Assembly (NCBI GenBank): GCA_032718475.1
Contig: JAUCBJ010003491.1
Span: 1-57,255, forward strand
DNA: 57,255 nucleotides
Direction: 5' to 3'
DNA from: Nemertoderma westbladi
Lineage: Eukaryota; Animalia; Xenacoelomorpha
Under the pieces are notes generated by a model. It worked only from the letters and a program-made list of their open reading frames with translations, was not told the DNA's origin and ran no database searches. The position numbers were made by a program, and so were the translations under genes. Below are positions 10,572 to 23,203 of this stretch, one piece after another; the first letter of the stretch is position 1; the number at the start of each line of letters is the position of its first letter.

Positions 10572-11858
10572 TTTACTAATTGGCTCCGTTTACTCTGAAT
10601 CTGGTCTCGATCTTTACTTATTGGGCTCCGTTTACTCTGAATCTGGTCTCGATCTTTACTAATTGGGCTCCGTTTACTCTGAATCTGGTCTCGATCTTTA
10701 CTAATTTGGCTCCGTTTACTCTGAATCTGGTCTCGATCTTTACTAATTTGGCTCCGTTTACTCTGAATCTGGTCTCGATCTTTACTAATTGGGCTCCGTT
10801 TACTCTGAATCTGGTCTCGATCTTTACTTATTGGGCTCCGTTTACTCTGAATCTGGTCTCGATCTTTACTAATTGGGCTCCGTTTACTCTGAATCTGGTC
10901 TCGATCTTTACTAATTGGGCTCCGTTTACTCTGAATCTGGTCTCGATCTTTACTTATTGGGCTCCGTTTACTCTGAATCTGGTCTCGATCTTTACTAATT
11001 GGCTCCGTTTACTCTGAATCTGGTCTCGATCTTTACTAATTTGGCTCCGTTTACTCTGAATCTGGTCTCGATCTTTACTAATTGGGCTCCGTTTACTCTG
11101 AATCTGGTCTCGATCTTTACTAATTGGGCTCCGTTTACTCTGAATCTGGTCTCGATCTTTACTAATTGGGCTCCGTTTACTCTGAATCTGGTCTCGATCT
11201 TTACTAATTGGCTCAGTTTACTCTGAATCTGGTCTCGATCTTTACTAATTGGCTCCGTTTACTCTGAATCTGGTCTCGATCTTTACTTATTGGGCTCCGT
11301 TTACTCTGAATCTGGTCTCGATCTTTACTAATTGGCTCAGTTTACTCTGAATCTGGTCTCGATCTTTACTAATTGGGCTCCGTTTACTCTGAATCTGGTC
11401 TCGATCTTTACTAATTGGCTCAGTTTACTCTGAATCTGGTCTCGATCTTTACTAATTGGCTCCGTTTACTCTGAATCTGGTCTCGATCTTTACTAATTGG
11501 CTCCGTTTACTCTGAATCTGGTCTCGATCTTTACTAATTGGGCTCCGTTTACTCTGAATCTGGTCTCGATCTTTACTAATTGGGCTCCGTTTACTCTGAA
11601 TCTGGTCTCGATCTTTACTAATTGGGCTCAGTTTACTCTGAATCTGGTCTCGATCTTTACTAATTGGGCTCCGTTTACTCTGAATCTGGTCTCGATCTTT
11701 ACTAATTGGGCTCAGTTTACTCTGAATCTGGTCTCGATCTTTACTAATTGGGCTCCGTTTACTCTGAATCTGGTCTCGATCTTTACTAATTGGCTCCGTT
11801 TACTCTGAATCTGGTCTCGATCTTTACTAATTGGCTCCGTTTACTCTGAATCTGTCTC
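10572..11858. repeat. 41/42-bp satellite, ~31 copies (TTTACTAATTGGGCTCCGTTTACTCTGAATCTGGTCTCGATC)
   Basis: Directly visible; 1-bp G deletions produce 41-bp units. Confidence 0.96.
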
Positions 11859-12880
11859 ATTTATTATTCCATAAACGTCAACGTCAGCTTTTCTGGCTTT
11901 CTTGTGATAATTAAGAGTAATTGGTCGAGTTGAGATTTGTGATTATAGCACCGCGATTTATTACATTATTTAGTATCAAATAGACGACAACCTATCCAAG
12001 GGTAGGTTAGGTTATTCTAATTGAATAATTACAACTTTCATGTAGCTGCTGCATTATTTAGGTTAGATGATATCCGACTGTCAACTACTGCATATACAGT
12101 AGGATAGCCTGGGGCTGCCCATTCCAGGAACAAGGTCAGGCATAATGGCATCGCTTGTAGCAAGAAGGTGGGAGTTGCTTCAACAGATCTTACAAGAGAT
12201 GTGCATACCTGCCTGGTTGGATTACATGGCGGCTAATAAGAGCTTCTGATTGGACAAGAGTGTTTTAATGAAGCGTTGACGTAAAATAATGCTGGTATCC
12301 AGGGTAAGGGGCCATACCCAAGCCATAGAGCATGGGAGCACCCACATATAGGCTGGTATTGTATTGACAGGCATCCTCGTAAATGATTTGGTCGTGTTTG
12401 TCACTGCTTGTATAATATTCCGTTTACTTGGGATTTTACAATTAACCTTTATTTTTAATGTATGTCGATGGGCTGGATGTTTATGGGCGTTTCCAAATGA
12501 CAAATCCGTTATAGAGTAGTTTTCTATGTTGCAGTAATCGAGTCAATTTATATGGTGAAACAAAATTAGGAAAATTGTATAGTAGGCCGACATTACTGTA
12601 TTACGTAAAATTTGCACAAAGGTGGGGAAGGGGAGATTCGACGCAATAAAAGTGCTATTAACTTTTATTTATTGTTTTGGTTAGACAACGTTCAACTAAT
12701 AGTCTGCTCCTTTCTATACATTTATAATGGGATTGGATTCATTTTAAATGGGATTTACGTTCATTTTTTTGCTCCCCTCCTGTTCTGCTTTGTCAGTAAT
12801 TCATTTATCCTATACTGTATGTAACAACTGAACAGTTGTTAATCTACATTGTTATATAGTTCCAAGTGCCTCTTGTCAAT

Positions 12881-13776
12881 ATGACACTGCCTACATTATT
12901 TACCGGATTGGCTGCTGTATACGGATTGCTCACTTTACTTTCGGTTGTCACCAACCTTCTGCTAATAGTAACCGTGGTTTCCCAATGGGTAACCCGGACT
13001 GTTACCAACGCGTTATACGTGGCTCTGTCTGTCTCGCTAATCCTCATCACTTCTCCCTTTCCTATTCACCTTGTCGATTACGCCAATCATAGCCAATGCG
13101 CGGACCAACCGATAGAGGGCCAACGCCTTTGTGCCAACTCCCCATTCCAGGGCCTCAGCGAATCCGCCTGCCAATACGCTATGTTTGCCAATTATTTCGG
13201 ACAAATATGTTGTCCTCTACTCCTAGTTGCCATGGGTACAGACCGATTGGTTTCATTGGCCTTTCCCATTAGGGCGTTACGCATTCGTTCATCTAAGTAT
13301 TGCGCGCTGCTTTGCCTTATAGCCTTGGTTCTAGCAGCTGGGGCCAGCGCCCCCGTGTGGTCTCATAAACACTCTTTTAACGAGTTGTCTGACAACCTTT
13401 GTATGTCTGTCGATATGAAAACCGCGTATTACGATTGGCTCTCGGTGTATCGCGTAGCAACCAATTATTGCACGCCTCTATTGGGTGTAACCCTTTTGGG
13501 GTTGTGTAGTTACTGGGGTCTTATGGGCCGGTACGACGTCCCTGACAACGTAAGACTAGAACGTCGAGACACGGCTCAGAATCACTTCATTAACTATCTG
13601 TTTATCTGCGGAGTCTATTTCGCTCTGTGGGGACCCTACTATGGACTTATCATTTACCATCTGCAACTCGACTCTGAGAAGCTCATGACCCAGTTGTTTC
13701 ATATTTTTTTATTCGTGGGATACTTATGTAATTTTATTATTCCAATATGTTGTCTTATTGTGCCTAAAGAAAACAG
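12881..13776 (+). CDS. Class-A (rhodopsin-like) GPCR, main exon encoding TM1-TM7
   Basis: Seven hydrophobic segments, Cys at the top of TM3 and in ECL2, MGTDRL (DRY position), ALWGPYY (CWxP position). A donor CAG|GTAGGG at 13776/13777 precedes the apparent stop. An acceptor-like TAG at 12857-12859 and an N-M-T sequon suggest a further upstream exon. Confidence 0.85.
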
Positions 13777-13934
13777 GTAGGGTGAATTGTACCGTTGTAT
13801 GTTCTGTTCTGTACTTTTACTATCTACATAGACTATTGCTCGAATGGTTGCAGAACACTTCCAATTAATTGTGTACAATAATTATATTAATAGTATGGCA
13901 ATGTTAGTATAGAGACAAAATTGCAGTGGTAAGA

Positions 13935-14190
13935 GTTTTCTTAGGATTCTTTGGAAATACAGTATACCATTTATTTCCTGCGATTCTCATTATACCAATA
14001 TTTTCCTAAGATTCTCAAATAAACGCGCTCTTGTTTTCCTAGGATTCTCAAAAAGCCCTACAAGTGCCCTTGTATTACTATAGGTTTCTCAAATAAATGT
14101 GCTCATAGTTTTCCTAAGTTTCTTTAATAAGTGCCCCTTTTTTACTAGGATTCCCATAGAAATGATTGATTTTCTAGGATTTTCAAAGAA
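13935..14190. repeat. Degenerate ~35-bp tandem repeat in the GPCR intron
   Basis: Recurring TTTTCCTAGGATTCTCAAA-like units. Confidence 0.6.
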
Positions 14191-14515
14191 AAACATTTTT
14201 TCTCTGGAATATAATTTACTCGTTAATACAAACAAAATGTGAATCTATAATCTATGCTATTGACTTTCGTTTGTTGATTTAGTTAAAAATATCTTGACAC
14301 TGTAACCTTAACAATAAATTAAAGTAAATTGCGTTTGTCTGATGTGTAGTTGACGATTGTCGGTAAAAAGGGTAAACCCTTTTATAAGTGTCCCATAATG
14401 TCCCATTTTTTGTACGGCTCATTCACGGATACCAGTGATTTGCTCTCTTTAAATATTCCATTAGTTTTATAGACCTTTTATGTGGTATCTGAATATTACA
14501 ATATTTTACTTCTAG

Positions 14516-14660
14516 GACAAGATGTAAACGGTTGTTAGGAATGTGCCATTGTTGGCACAAGCGGCCTTCTGCTAAACTACCATCAAAGTATTCTACGGGG
14601 TCTTTTGGTGGAAATCCCCGTTTATCCACAGATGATGCTACGAATGCCCAACTGGCCGAT
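14516..14660 (+). CDS. GPCR exon 2: helix 8 and C-terminal tail
   Basis: Acceptor TTTTACTTCTAG at 14515 is phase-compatible with the 13776 donor. It gives ...KENR-TRCKRLLGMCHCWHKRPSAKLPSKYSTGSFGGNPRLSTDDATNAQLAD, with a helix-8 pattern and Cys pair. Donor GTAAGT at 14661. Possible last exon 14764-14769 (GAA TGA) after TTCTTAG. Confidence 0.75.
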
Positions 14661-14830
14661 GTAAGTACCGGTACGAAATGGGAAACAACGTGTTTTAATT
14701 TCCCAATATGATGTTGGGTGGGGTATCAATAATTGTTACTCAATCAATATTTCATATTCTTAGGAATGACAGCCAGCATTCGTAGAAGTTTTGATAGATT
14801 GTAGATATTATTTAAAAATTATGTAAAAAC

Positions 14831-15352
14831 AATAAAAACAAATACATCAAACTTTGTATATAGGGGATCGTCCATAAAGGCCGTCAATAAAAACAAATAC
14901 ATCAAACTTTGTATATAGGGGATCGTCCATAAAGGCCGTCAATAATAACAAATACATCAAACTTTGTATATAGGGGATCGTCCATAAAGGCCGTCAATTA
15001 TAACAAATACATCAAACTTTGTATATAGGGGATCGTCCATAAAGGCCGTCAATAATAACAAATACATCAAACTTTGTATATAGGGGATCGTCCATAAAGG
15101 CCGTCAATAATAACAAATACATCAAACTTTGTATATAGGGGATCGTCCATAAAGGCCGTCAATAAAAACAAATACATCAAACTTTGTATATAGGGGATCG
15201 TCCATAAAGGCCGTCAATAATAACAAATACATCAAACTTTGTATATAGGGGATCGTCCATAAAGGCCGTCAATAAAAACAAATACATCAAACTTTGTATA
15301 TAGGGAATCGTCCATAAAGGCCGTCAATAATAACAAATAGATCAAACTTTGT
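14831..15352. repeat. 55-bp minisatellite, ~9.5 copies, embedded in a retroposon-tail fragment
   Basis: Unit AATAATAACAAATACATCAAACTTTGTATATAGGGGATCGTCCATAAAGGCCGTC. Its flanks match the element at 33714-33862. Confidence 0.93.
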
Positions 15353-15822
15353 CTGTATATAAAAGGTATTGTCCAACATGACAAGCTTTGCAGCTTATTT
15401 AAGTGGGTCCTTTATATTACTTGGTTACAAATACAGTACCATATTACACAAAACACAACAAGAAAATCATCAACCTAAAACTAATATAATTTAATTTTTG
15501 CATATATTTTAAGTTAATGCTTATGCATTTTCAACATTTTTTTTTAAAGCTAAACTTTCGGTTAATAAATTGTGATCGGGGTGTATATACTATTAAAAAT
15601 ACTATTATGAATGTAATTACAGAATACAGTAAATTATTATCAACCCAATAACTTACTTGATGCAAGTCAAGAATGCTAAGTCAACCACACTATTGTATAT
15701 TGTGACTCAAAATTACCCAAACCTGCATAGATGACAGGATTCAATGAGTTCCAGTCTGAAGATGGGAGGCCATAAATTGCGGTATTAGGTATCAGGTAGT
15801 ATTTGCAGGTCTGTACCTGAGC

Positions 15823-15895
15823 GAGCCGCAAGCTGAATGGTTAGAGCTGTCAGACTTCCAACCCGCAGGTCACCAGTTCGATCTCACCTGGACGT
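15823..15895 (+). mobile_element. Degenerate tRNA-like SINE head or tRNA pseudogene
   Basis: A-box-like AGCTGAATGGTTAGAGC and B-box-like AGTTCGATCTC at tRNA spacing; anticodon and acceptor stems do not pair. Confidence 0.55.
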
Positions 15896-16519
15896 CATTG
15901 CCGACTTTGCAAAAGCTGTGCCAAACAAAAAGTTATAATAATATGAAACCACTCATTCATCCATAACACCAATAATAAACTAATCTGAAGTGTCACCATT
16001 CAACATATTATTTCCAGTTTGTCGGTAATATTAATAATTTTATTAGATTAGATACACCCCCAACCGGGGTAAATTATAATTAAATATAACACAATAATTA
16101 ATACAATAACCATACTGAATTAATACCACATGGACTATTAAATACAGTACAGTATGTAATATATAAAGCTGATAGGACTAATGTTCAATGAAATATTGTT
16201 TAAAATACAATAGATATAAACATAAAAACATAGTAACTAGGTATTCAATGTAAATATTAATATTAATTTGTTGCATGATTGACGAAGCTTAAAATCAGTA
16301 TCGCAGTAAAATATTTAAAATTTAATTAAAAGAGGCTAATTATTATGCGGTGTCTAACTGATGTATTAAGTAAAACGGAGTGCATAATAAAATATGTACA
16401 TTAATGAAGAATTAAATAAATAACTTGAAGAAGAATTCATGAAGAGTCAACCCCCCCCCCCCCCCCCCCACCCCCCTTCGCCCAATGATTTAACGTAAAG
16501 CTAGTTGAGCTGGTGCAAG

Positions 16520-16960
16520 ACACATTGTGCATGATAGTGCATTATAGCGAGCGGTGCTGGCAACTGGTGGCACAGTATTTGCACACGCAACTATCTGAAA
16601 GAGAGTGGAACGGTGTGGTGCTGCTGCACAGTTTATGATGGAAACCGTGGGAAGTCAATCTCGTTACAACGTGTCGATTTCTCTGTCCCGCTTTTCTCCA
16701 AGTACTCGAGTGGAATGTCGGTCCTTCAGGGAATCCCTCCGCTTTTCCTGCCGCTCAGTACGAAACGCCCTATAGTAAGTTAATGTCCCCTCCGCGACAA
16801 GATTTAGGGCAAGTGTTGAGGATGACGAAATAAGAAATCCCAGCATTTCTTTTAATAAAAGTCGCCTTAACTTTGTCAATCTCCTTCTTGTTTTTCAGAG
16901 TGAGAAATGGTCCTATTTCGGTCATTGCGTATGTTACTGCAGGGTAATGTTAATAATATT
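16520..16960 (-). pseudogene. Decayed Cys/His-rich coding fragment, probably the C-terminus of a non-LTR retrotransposon ORF2
   Basis: Minus-strand frame reads EGFPEGPTFHSSTWRKAGQRNRHVVTRLTSHGFHHKLCSSTTPFHSLSDSCVCKYCATSC with nearby stops. A related copy lies at 49690-49990. Confidence 0.55.
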
Positions 16961-17261
16961 CCTGAAGCAATATTTATTTATGTTACGACAGATAGGTTAA
17001 TTAATAAAGGGTCGAGAGAATATTTAAAAAAATGTACTACGTTTTTTTTCTATGTAATACATAATTTGAGTCTTAAATTTGTACTTTTTTGTTGCTTAAT
17101 TCTTTAATAAAACATGGAGCGATATACTGTAGGCCTAGTGTTACAAAATAAATTTAACTGTAGTACTTTACTATATATTGCTAACATAGCTTATATACAC
17201 ACCAGAGATGACAGAATTCAATGAGTTCTGGTCTGAAGTGTCACCATCACCGGTTACCCGT

Positions 17262-17825
17262 ACGGTCACCCAACGACGTTGTAACCGCGACCACCGTGAA
17301 TGCTTTTAAAATAGGGCTCGATCGCTCCATGCCAAATATTATGAACATTTATGAAGACACTCCCGCACGTCAAGATAACAGCGACAGATAATTCTTTTTA
17401 ATTCAGTAACTATTTCATTTTATTTCCTTCAAACTTTTAACCCCTCATACCTGTAGTATATCGTAATTTTTATCGAATTTTATTCATATTTTAATCCCAC
17501 ATCTATGATTTTTATACATCTATGATTTTTACAAATGTTATACCTTCAATGTAATTAAAGCATTATTACATAATAATTTTATTTATATTTTTTTCCCGGT
17601 TTTAAAATGCAATTGCGTAATATCCGAATACAGGAATAGTGCAATGGATTTAGAAATGTACTGTAAATTTCATGATTACATATACTTCATATATTACCTG
17701 CAATCTTAATTAACCGATGCATTTTATCATCATGTTGTCATAATAGGCCACTTATTCAATTGTTTCTGGCCCAACAATTCAATTTATTTTGAAACACTAT
17801 TTATTGCGTTTCAAAATAAATTGAA
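17262..17825 (+). mobile_element. 5'-truncated CR1-type LINE 3' end
   Basis: Reads SPNDVVTATTVNAFKIGLDRSM..., the CR1-group ORF2 terminal motif. Followed by an AT-rich UTR ending in a perfect 18-bp hairpin (17778-17795 / 17808-17825) containing AATAAA. Confidence 0.6.
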
Positions 17826-18639
17826 CAGTAGTATATGTTATTCCAAAATTTTAACATTACTCAACGCCGTTATTTAGCACTTTACAACTTTAGAGGACAT
17901 TACAGTATTGTATTGACCTGTACATTGAGTATTGTATCGGTGTTGTAATGTCCCTTGTTTATGTGGTAACCAATGACGGCGAGCTGTAAAGTTTCGGTGT
18001 CATTGGTTACCACATATACAATAGGTGGTATTTATTATTAATTGTCTGAAAGCCAGATATTAGCAATTAATAACCAGTAGCTATAAACTATTAACATGGC
18101 TCCAAACGCCACCATAAATATAAGCTAACTTTTTTACAACATAATTAATGTCATTTTTACATTTATTTATACAGCAACTAATATAATTTGTGCAGTTCCT
18201 ATCACTTTCGTAATGTTAAAATTTTGGAATAAAACTACATACATACTTGTTGCAAAGTACTTTACAGTGTGATAATCTGAGTGGCTTTGTTACAACGAAC
18301 GAATGTAGTGAGTGAGTGGAAATAAAGCCACGAGGATCAGACTACTTTATATACAAGTATGTAAATAGTTATTACAATATTGCTTCCATAGATAGTTACT
18401 GCGATTAAAATTATTGTACTCTTCAACTCTCGATGTTGCCTTACTCAATGTTAAATAATTTAGTGTTCTCGAATATTTATTACGTAACTAGAGAGCCGCT
18501 TAACTACTTGAACCAATATTGAATATTGAGTTCCGTTTTGTAGTACGCCGCGCAGACACTAAAGTTGCAACAACTTTTAGTGTGTGAATGGAGTTTGCTA
18601 AAATTACGTGCAAACCTTTTCTACTTCGATGATCTCTCA

Positions 18640-18890
18640 ACACATTGAATTCACATCTCCTGTAGGTCGTGGGTTCGATCCTCACATGGGCCAGGGCAGT
18701 TTTCGTTTCGGCACGAATGCTTTAAAGGGACCAGCCAGGGCGCATCTCTGTCTTGCATCCTTAAGTGGTAGCTAAATGAGTACTGGAGTTTCCTCTGGGG
18801 AGTATAGTTCTGGGGGGACCGAACTGGAAATAAGTCGTCAGACTTTGTGCGTAATCCCTGGCCTAGCGGCCGAAGAAAATTTACTTTAAT
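18640..18890 (+). mobile_element. tRNA-derived SINE with a Nin/Deu-like central domain
   Basis: B box GGTTCGATCC near 18672, then CATCCTTAAGTGGTAGCTAAATGAGTAC, resembling the Nin/Deu-domain core. Confidence 0.55.
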
Positions 18891-18939
18891 AGTACAGAAA
18901 TACGCTAATTTGCCGACTGTCACCAATTTTACTCACATA

Positions 18940-19159
18940 TAAGGATAAATTTAGCTCACGTACGTTGGGGGTTATGAAATAGCCTAAATTCATACAGACC
19001 ACTGTAATTTGAGCCAAGCAATTGTTACTAAAATGTTCCCTTCTGCTTACCTCAATAATCAAGAAAGTCAGGGGAATTATCGATTATTCATAAGTATTCT
19101 CCAAATAAGCATCAATTACATAGGTTACAAACCACAGTAATGAATAACAGTATATAAAA
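18940..19159. repeat. Dispersed ~220-bp repeat, second copy at ~51880-52095
   Basis: Collinear shared blocks AAATTTAGCTCA, TTATGAAATAGC, TTCCCTTCTGCTTACCTC and ATTATCGATTA. Confidence 0.75.
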
Positions 19160-21647
19160 CACGTTCGTGGGGCCTTCGCGCAGCACGAGGTCCAGTTATG
19201 AGATACAAATTAAAATTAAGCGACTGTATCACAAAATCAGGTTTTGAGAAATTTACCCACACCACCAATCAATCAAAGAAAGGGGGACAGTACGTGTTCA
19301 CCCCTTTTAATCCCCCCCCCCCCCCACCCTTCTCAACCACCAATACATAACCGTGACATCTACCACCCACGGAAGGGTAGAACGAACTTATTTCCAATCG
19401 CACGTTCAATATGCAAAGCCAGGTGGTGTATATGAATATAATCAACGCCGTACTCGTCTTAATTATTATAAGCGTCGTTCAATCGTTGCGCTCGTCCAGA
19501 GTAAGTCCCCCCCCCCCCCCCCCCCCCCCCTATCAGAAAGATTTACTCAACAAAAAATAGTGTAAATAAATAAACAACTACAAGGATAAGAGGTCATGTG
19601 TAGGAAAGCTAATCAGACGATACCTTTACTAATATATTGAGCTGCATTGATCTATACATAGTAATGTTGGGTGATGGGGGGGGGGGGGGGGGGGGGGTGA
19701 GGGTTAGGGGGTGTCTGGGTGGGTTGTTAGTATTAGGGTGCACAATATCGACGCACGCGCAGGAATGTGTTGATGTTTAATAGCACCGCATTCCCGCGTT
19801 AGAAAGCATCCCCAATTGGAATAAATAAATAAATTAAACGCGTTTCGTTATGTTCCTCGACTTATATTATTCTCTCCACGGACGAGTTATTAGCTGCTAG
19901 ACAGGTAGACCTAGTCCCCCACAACAACGGTCATACCTTCAATCAATCAATCAATTGAGCTCATATGAGCTCGTATATTAGTTTTATTTATAAATTGAAA
20001 TCTCACGAATTAATAGGCCTATTAGCTGATTAGTGAACTATCATATGTTAGACCATATATATATATTATATATTATGGACCTTATCAAAATAGCGGTTGT
20101 ACTGGGGCGGTATATGTTGTTCTCTAACCCACTGCAAGCGCATTTGAGGGGCCGGTATGTTTTAATAACTTCTGGTACAACGGGATGCAGTATTACAGCG
20201 CCAAGTAGATTTAATCTGTTCAGAATATTCCGGACGCTAAGTTCATGTCATTCCCGATAAGTCGGGACTTTACAAAACTCGTGGATAAAACCGCGTGTAG
20301 CAGAGAGCAGATAAATTGGGTTGAATTGCAAAACAGAATAATATGGAACTGTAAGTGGAACTGCGGCGATTTGGGTTTTTTTGTTATGGTGAATAGTCAG
20401 CCTGTCCGCGATATGTTCAGCTGCCCTTTTTAATGGGTTGCAGGTACAAATGAAATACACATTTCAGTTACTAAAATAAAAGTGGCGCTTATTATTGTAC
20501 ATTTACAACAACAATTATATAAATGCAATATGCCTGATCCCTATTAATGTACTTTGTACCGCCAATTCTGTAATTCAATAACGCAAAGCCGCGTTTACTG
20601 TACAGCAGCACGTAATATATTTGATACTTATTATACTAACTAAACTAACAAACCGCAAGGCCTACTTACCGAAATAAATTAACTTTCAGTTAAATACAAT
20701 ATACTTGTTTGCTCTGTAAAAATTTTAATTAAAAACAATCCTGCCATTTAATATACCTAATTAGCATGGTTGCGTAAGCAGTATGAATTGGAATGAAATT
20801 GTGAAATAATTTATTTAAACTATTATGTACATTTAGATTAAATAATAATACAGTAAGTTGGCCTACAGAAATAAACATTGATATTCGGAACAGTAAAACA
20901 ATTATTTATTTCATTCATTCAACTAACCAGAGAGACTCATAGCTCCAGTGAATATTAACATCCCGAAGTTACTTTAGTAATAATATTAATGTCATTGAAC
21001 CCGATACACACACACCTCCAATCAGCCAGTTCAATGGAGAGTGAGTGAATGGATGGCTACCAGCAGCAGCAGCAGTCTGCCTCTTACAAGCGAGGCTGAC
21101 TGAATACCTCAAGTGTTGCTGGGAAACAAGCCAACTTGAGTTAACCAATAAATGAGCAGTATTTAATGAGAATACATTTTTTATGCCGGTTTAATTACTT
21201 TAGATCAATTAAAGACACGATTATTAAAGCAAATCACTTGAACTAATTAAAAACTATAATAGAATGGAGTATGCGGATTACATCTGTATATTTTTTAAGT
21301 ATAATTATTGAAGTCTTATACTGTAAAACAATTAATTTCCTTTAAAAGGCAGGTTGAAAATGGTGTTTTTACCGTAATCAACTTAATTAACTAATTAACT
21401 GCTATTATCTTAGCTTCTCGAAGGCCACACGGAAATTCTACTTGGAAAATTTCTAAACTTTTGCCAAACAACATGTGTACCAAGTTTGGATAGATTTCAT
21501 CAAAGATTGGCCGAGTTATTAACGTTTAAAATTGAACACGACAGAACGACAGAACGACAGAACGACAGAACGACAGAACGACAGAACGACAGGTTGATTA
21601 ATGGTACCACTACGCTAAGGCTCACTCACTTCGTGGCTCGCCCCACA
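19160..21647 (-). mobile_element. Helentron/DINE-1-like family termini in reverse orientation (one ~2.5-kb copy or two partial copies)
   Basis: 19160-19189 is the reverse complement of the 3' end at ~56755-56783. 21613-21647 (CGCTAAGGCTC..CTTCGTGGCTCGCCCCAC) is the reverse complement of the 5' end at 55213-55248. An 8-bp (GACAGAAC)n microsatellite at 21538-21591 sits where the other copy has (GTC)n. Confidence 0.55.
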
Positions 21648-22928
21648 GTATAAGGTATGCGGTGCCGGCAATGTCAGCAGTCAGACGTCAGTAAGCTAGT
21701 TATGAGAGATAATATGAGTGGAAAGTGAGTTTGAAAGTTAATTGATTTGCGTTCTATGATTCTCTCTCTCTGGCCGCTGATGGTTCTGGGCAGAAGTCAG
21801 AATGTCAGAATGAAGGATTTGTCGCACTGCGGTATATACATAATGTAAACAAGGAATTCGCAAAGTGAAAATTGTGTTGATTGGCCGGAAAATAACACAG
21901 AGCATACGGGACAAAGAAACAGCTGGCTAATTTCGTCATTATAGCTCTGTACTAAAACAGACGCTAGAGGGTATAAGTCTATACATTCTACAATCCCTTA
22001 AAATAATGCTGGCCTTTTAGAGTAGTTCGCGAATTGCACAAAAACGACACATTTTTGCCGCAAAAGCTTTAACACAAACACGTATCATTTATATTTATTA
22101 TCATAAATTACAGTAGAAACATAAGTAAAATACAAATAAGTAAAACTGATCACAATCACATATCAATTAATATTATCACAAATTAGAAACATAAGTAAGT
22201 AAAATACTAATATAATTTTTTTTGGGTATAACTAATTTGGGGACCGTTATATGAAACACTTTTATATATAGGCCCTGCCGCTTATTTTATGAAACATTTT
22301 TTAAATTTTTTTTCATAAATAAGTACCACACGTCATAAACCAAAGGAGGGAAAGGAGCAGGTTACAGAGGCAGGCTTTTCAAACCAAAACAATAAACGGC
22401 CACTTTACTAATTGAGGGAAGCCATATGGTCAGACAGTCAGTAGTCAATCTCTCTCTTGGGGACCTCGCGCAGCACGAGAGTGCATACGTACTTCAACTG
22501 GTTAGTAAACGAAGTATCACCGTTAATAATCCATCATCAATGAGTTTAGTAATGTCGGAACAATATAACAATTCTCGGAAAAATAATTTAATTTACCACG
22601 GTTGGAAATAAACATGGTCGGATTTAGAGTGGTGGTCGCCTGTCAGTGTAGGCCTGGGCTCTATTGTATGGGGTTTGCACATAAGGCACCAAGCACGTTA
22701 CATATTATAATATACTGAAAGACGCTGGGGTATTCATTACCCTAACTTTTCAATCTATTTATCGCAAATACCTTTCAAAGAAACCTGAATGTAGATGTAA
22801 ATATATTAGTAGGAAATGTGAGTCAGGAAATGTTTGGAAATTTCCTATACATTTTTACGTAAATTTATTAAAGATTTTATTAAGCACATTCTGAATACAC
22901 ATAGTACTTAAAACACAAAAAGAGTAAA

Positions 22929-23203
22929 CACGTACGTGGGGACTTCTCGCAGCACGTAAGTCCAGATGAGCCTTTGCGTAGAGGTACAATTAGTGGACCT
23001 AGTCATTCGCCCCTTAGCGGCAGACAGATGAACTACATAAGTCTGTCTCTCAGAACATTTTCTAATCTTTTGATAGACTACATGTGTACCAAGTTTGGTT
23101 CAATTTCATAAATGATTGACCGACTTATTAGCGTTCACAATTATACGACAGCCGACGACGACAGACAGGTCCACTAATTCTACCCCCTACTGTAAGGCTC
23201 ACG
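22929..23203 (-). mobile_element. Short copy of the same Helentron/DINE-1-like family
   Basis: Terminal CACGTACGTGGGGACTTCTCGCAGCACG, a GAC-rich microsatellite remnant near 23147-23168, TAAGGCTC at the other end, and one CCGCTAAGGGGC variant (23009-23020, minus). Confidence 0.6.

Noticed and set aside
10580-11808. WAPFTLNLVSIFTN repeat proteins
   Set aside because: Translation of the 42-bp satellite; non-ATG starts, and 41-bp units repeatedly break the frame.
12100-12510. GC-elevated stretch as GPCR first exon or TE fragment
   Set aside because: Stops in the frames tried, no recognisable motif and no convincing splice donor.
15823-15895. Functional tRNA-Gly(TCC)
   Set aside because: Anticodon and acceptor stems cannot pair; kept only as a SINE-like head.
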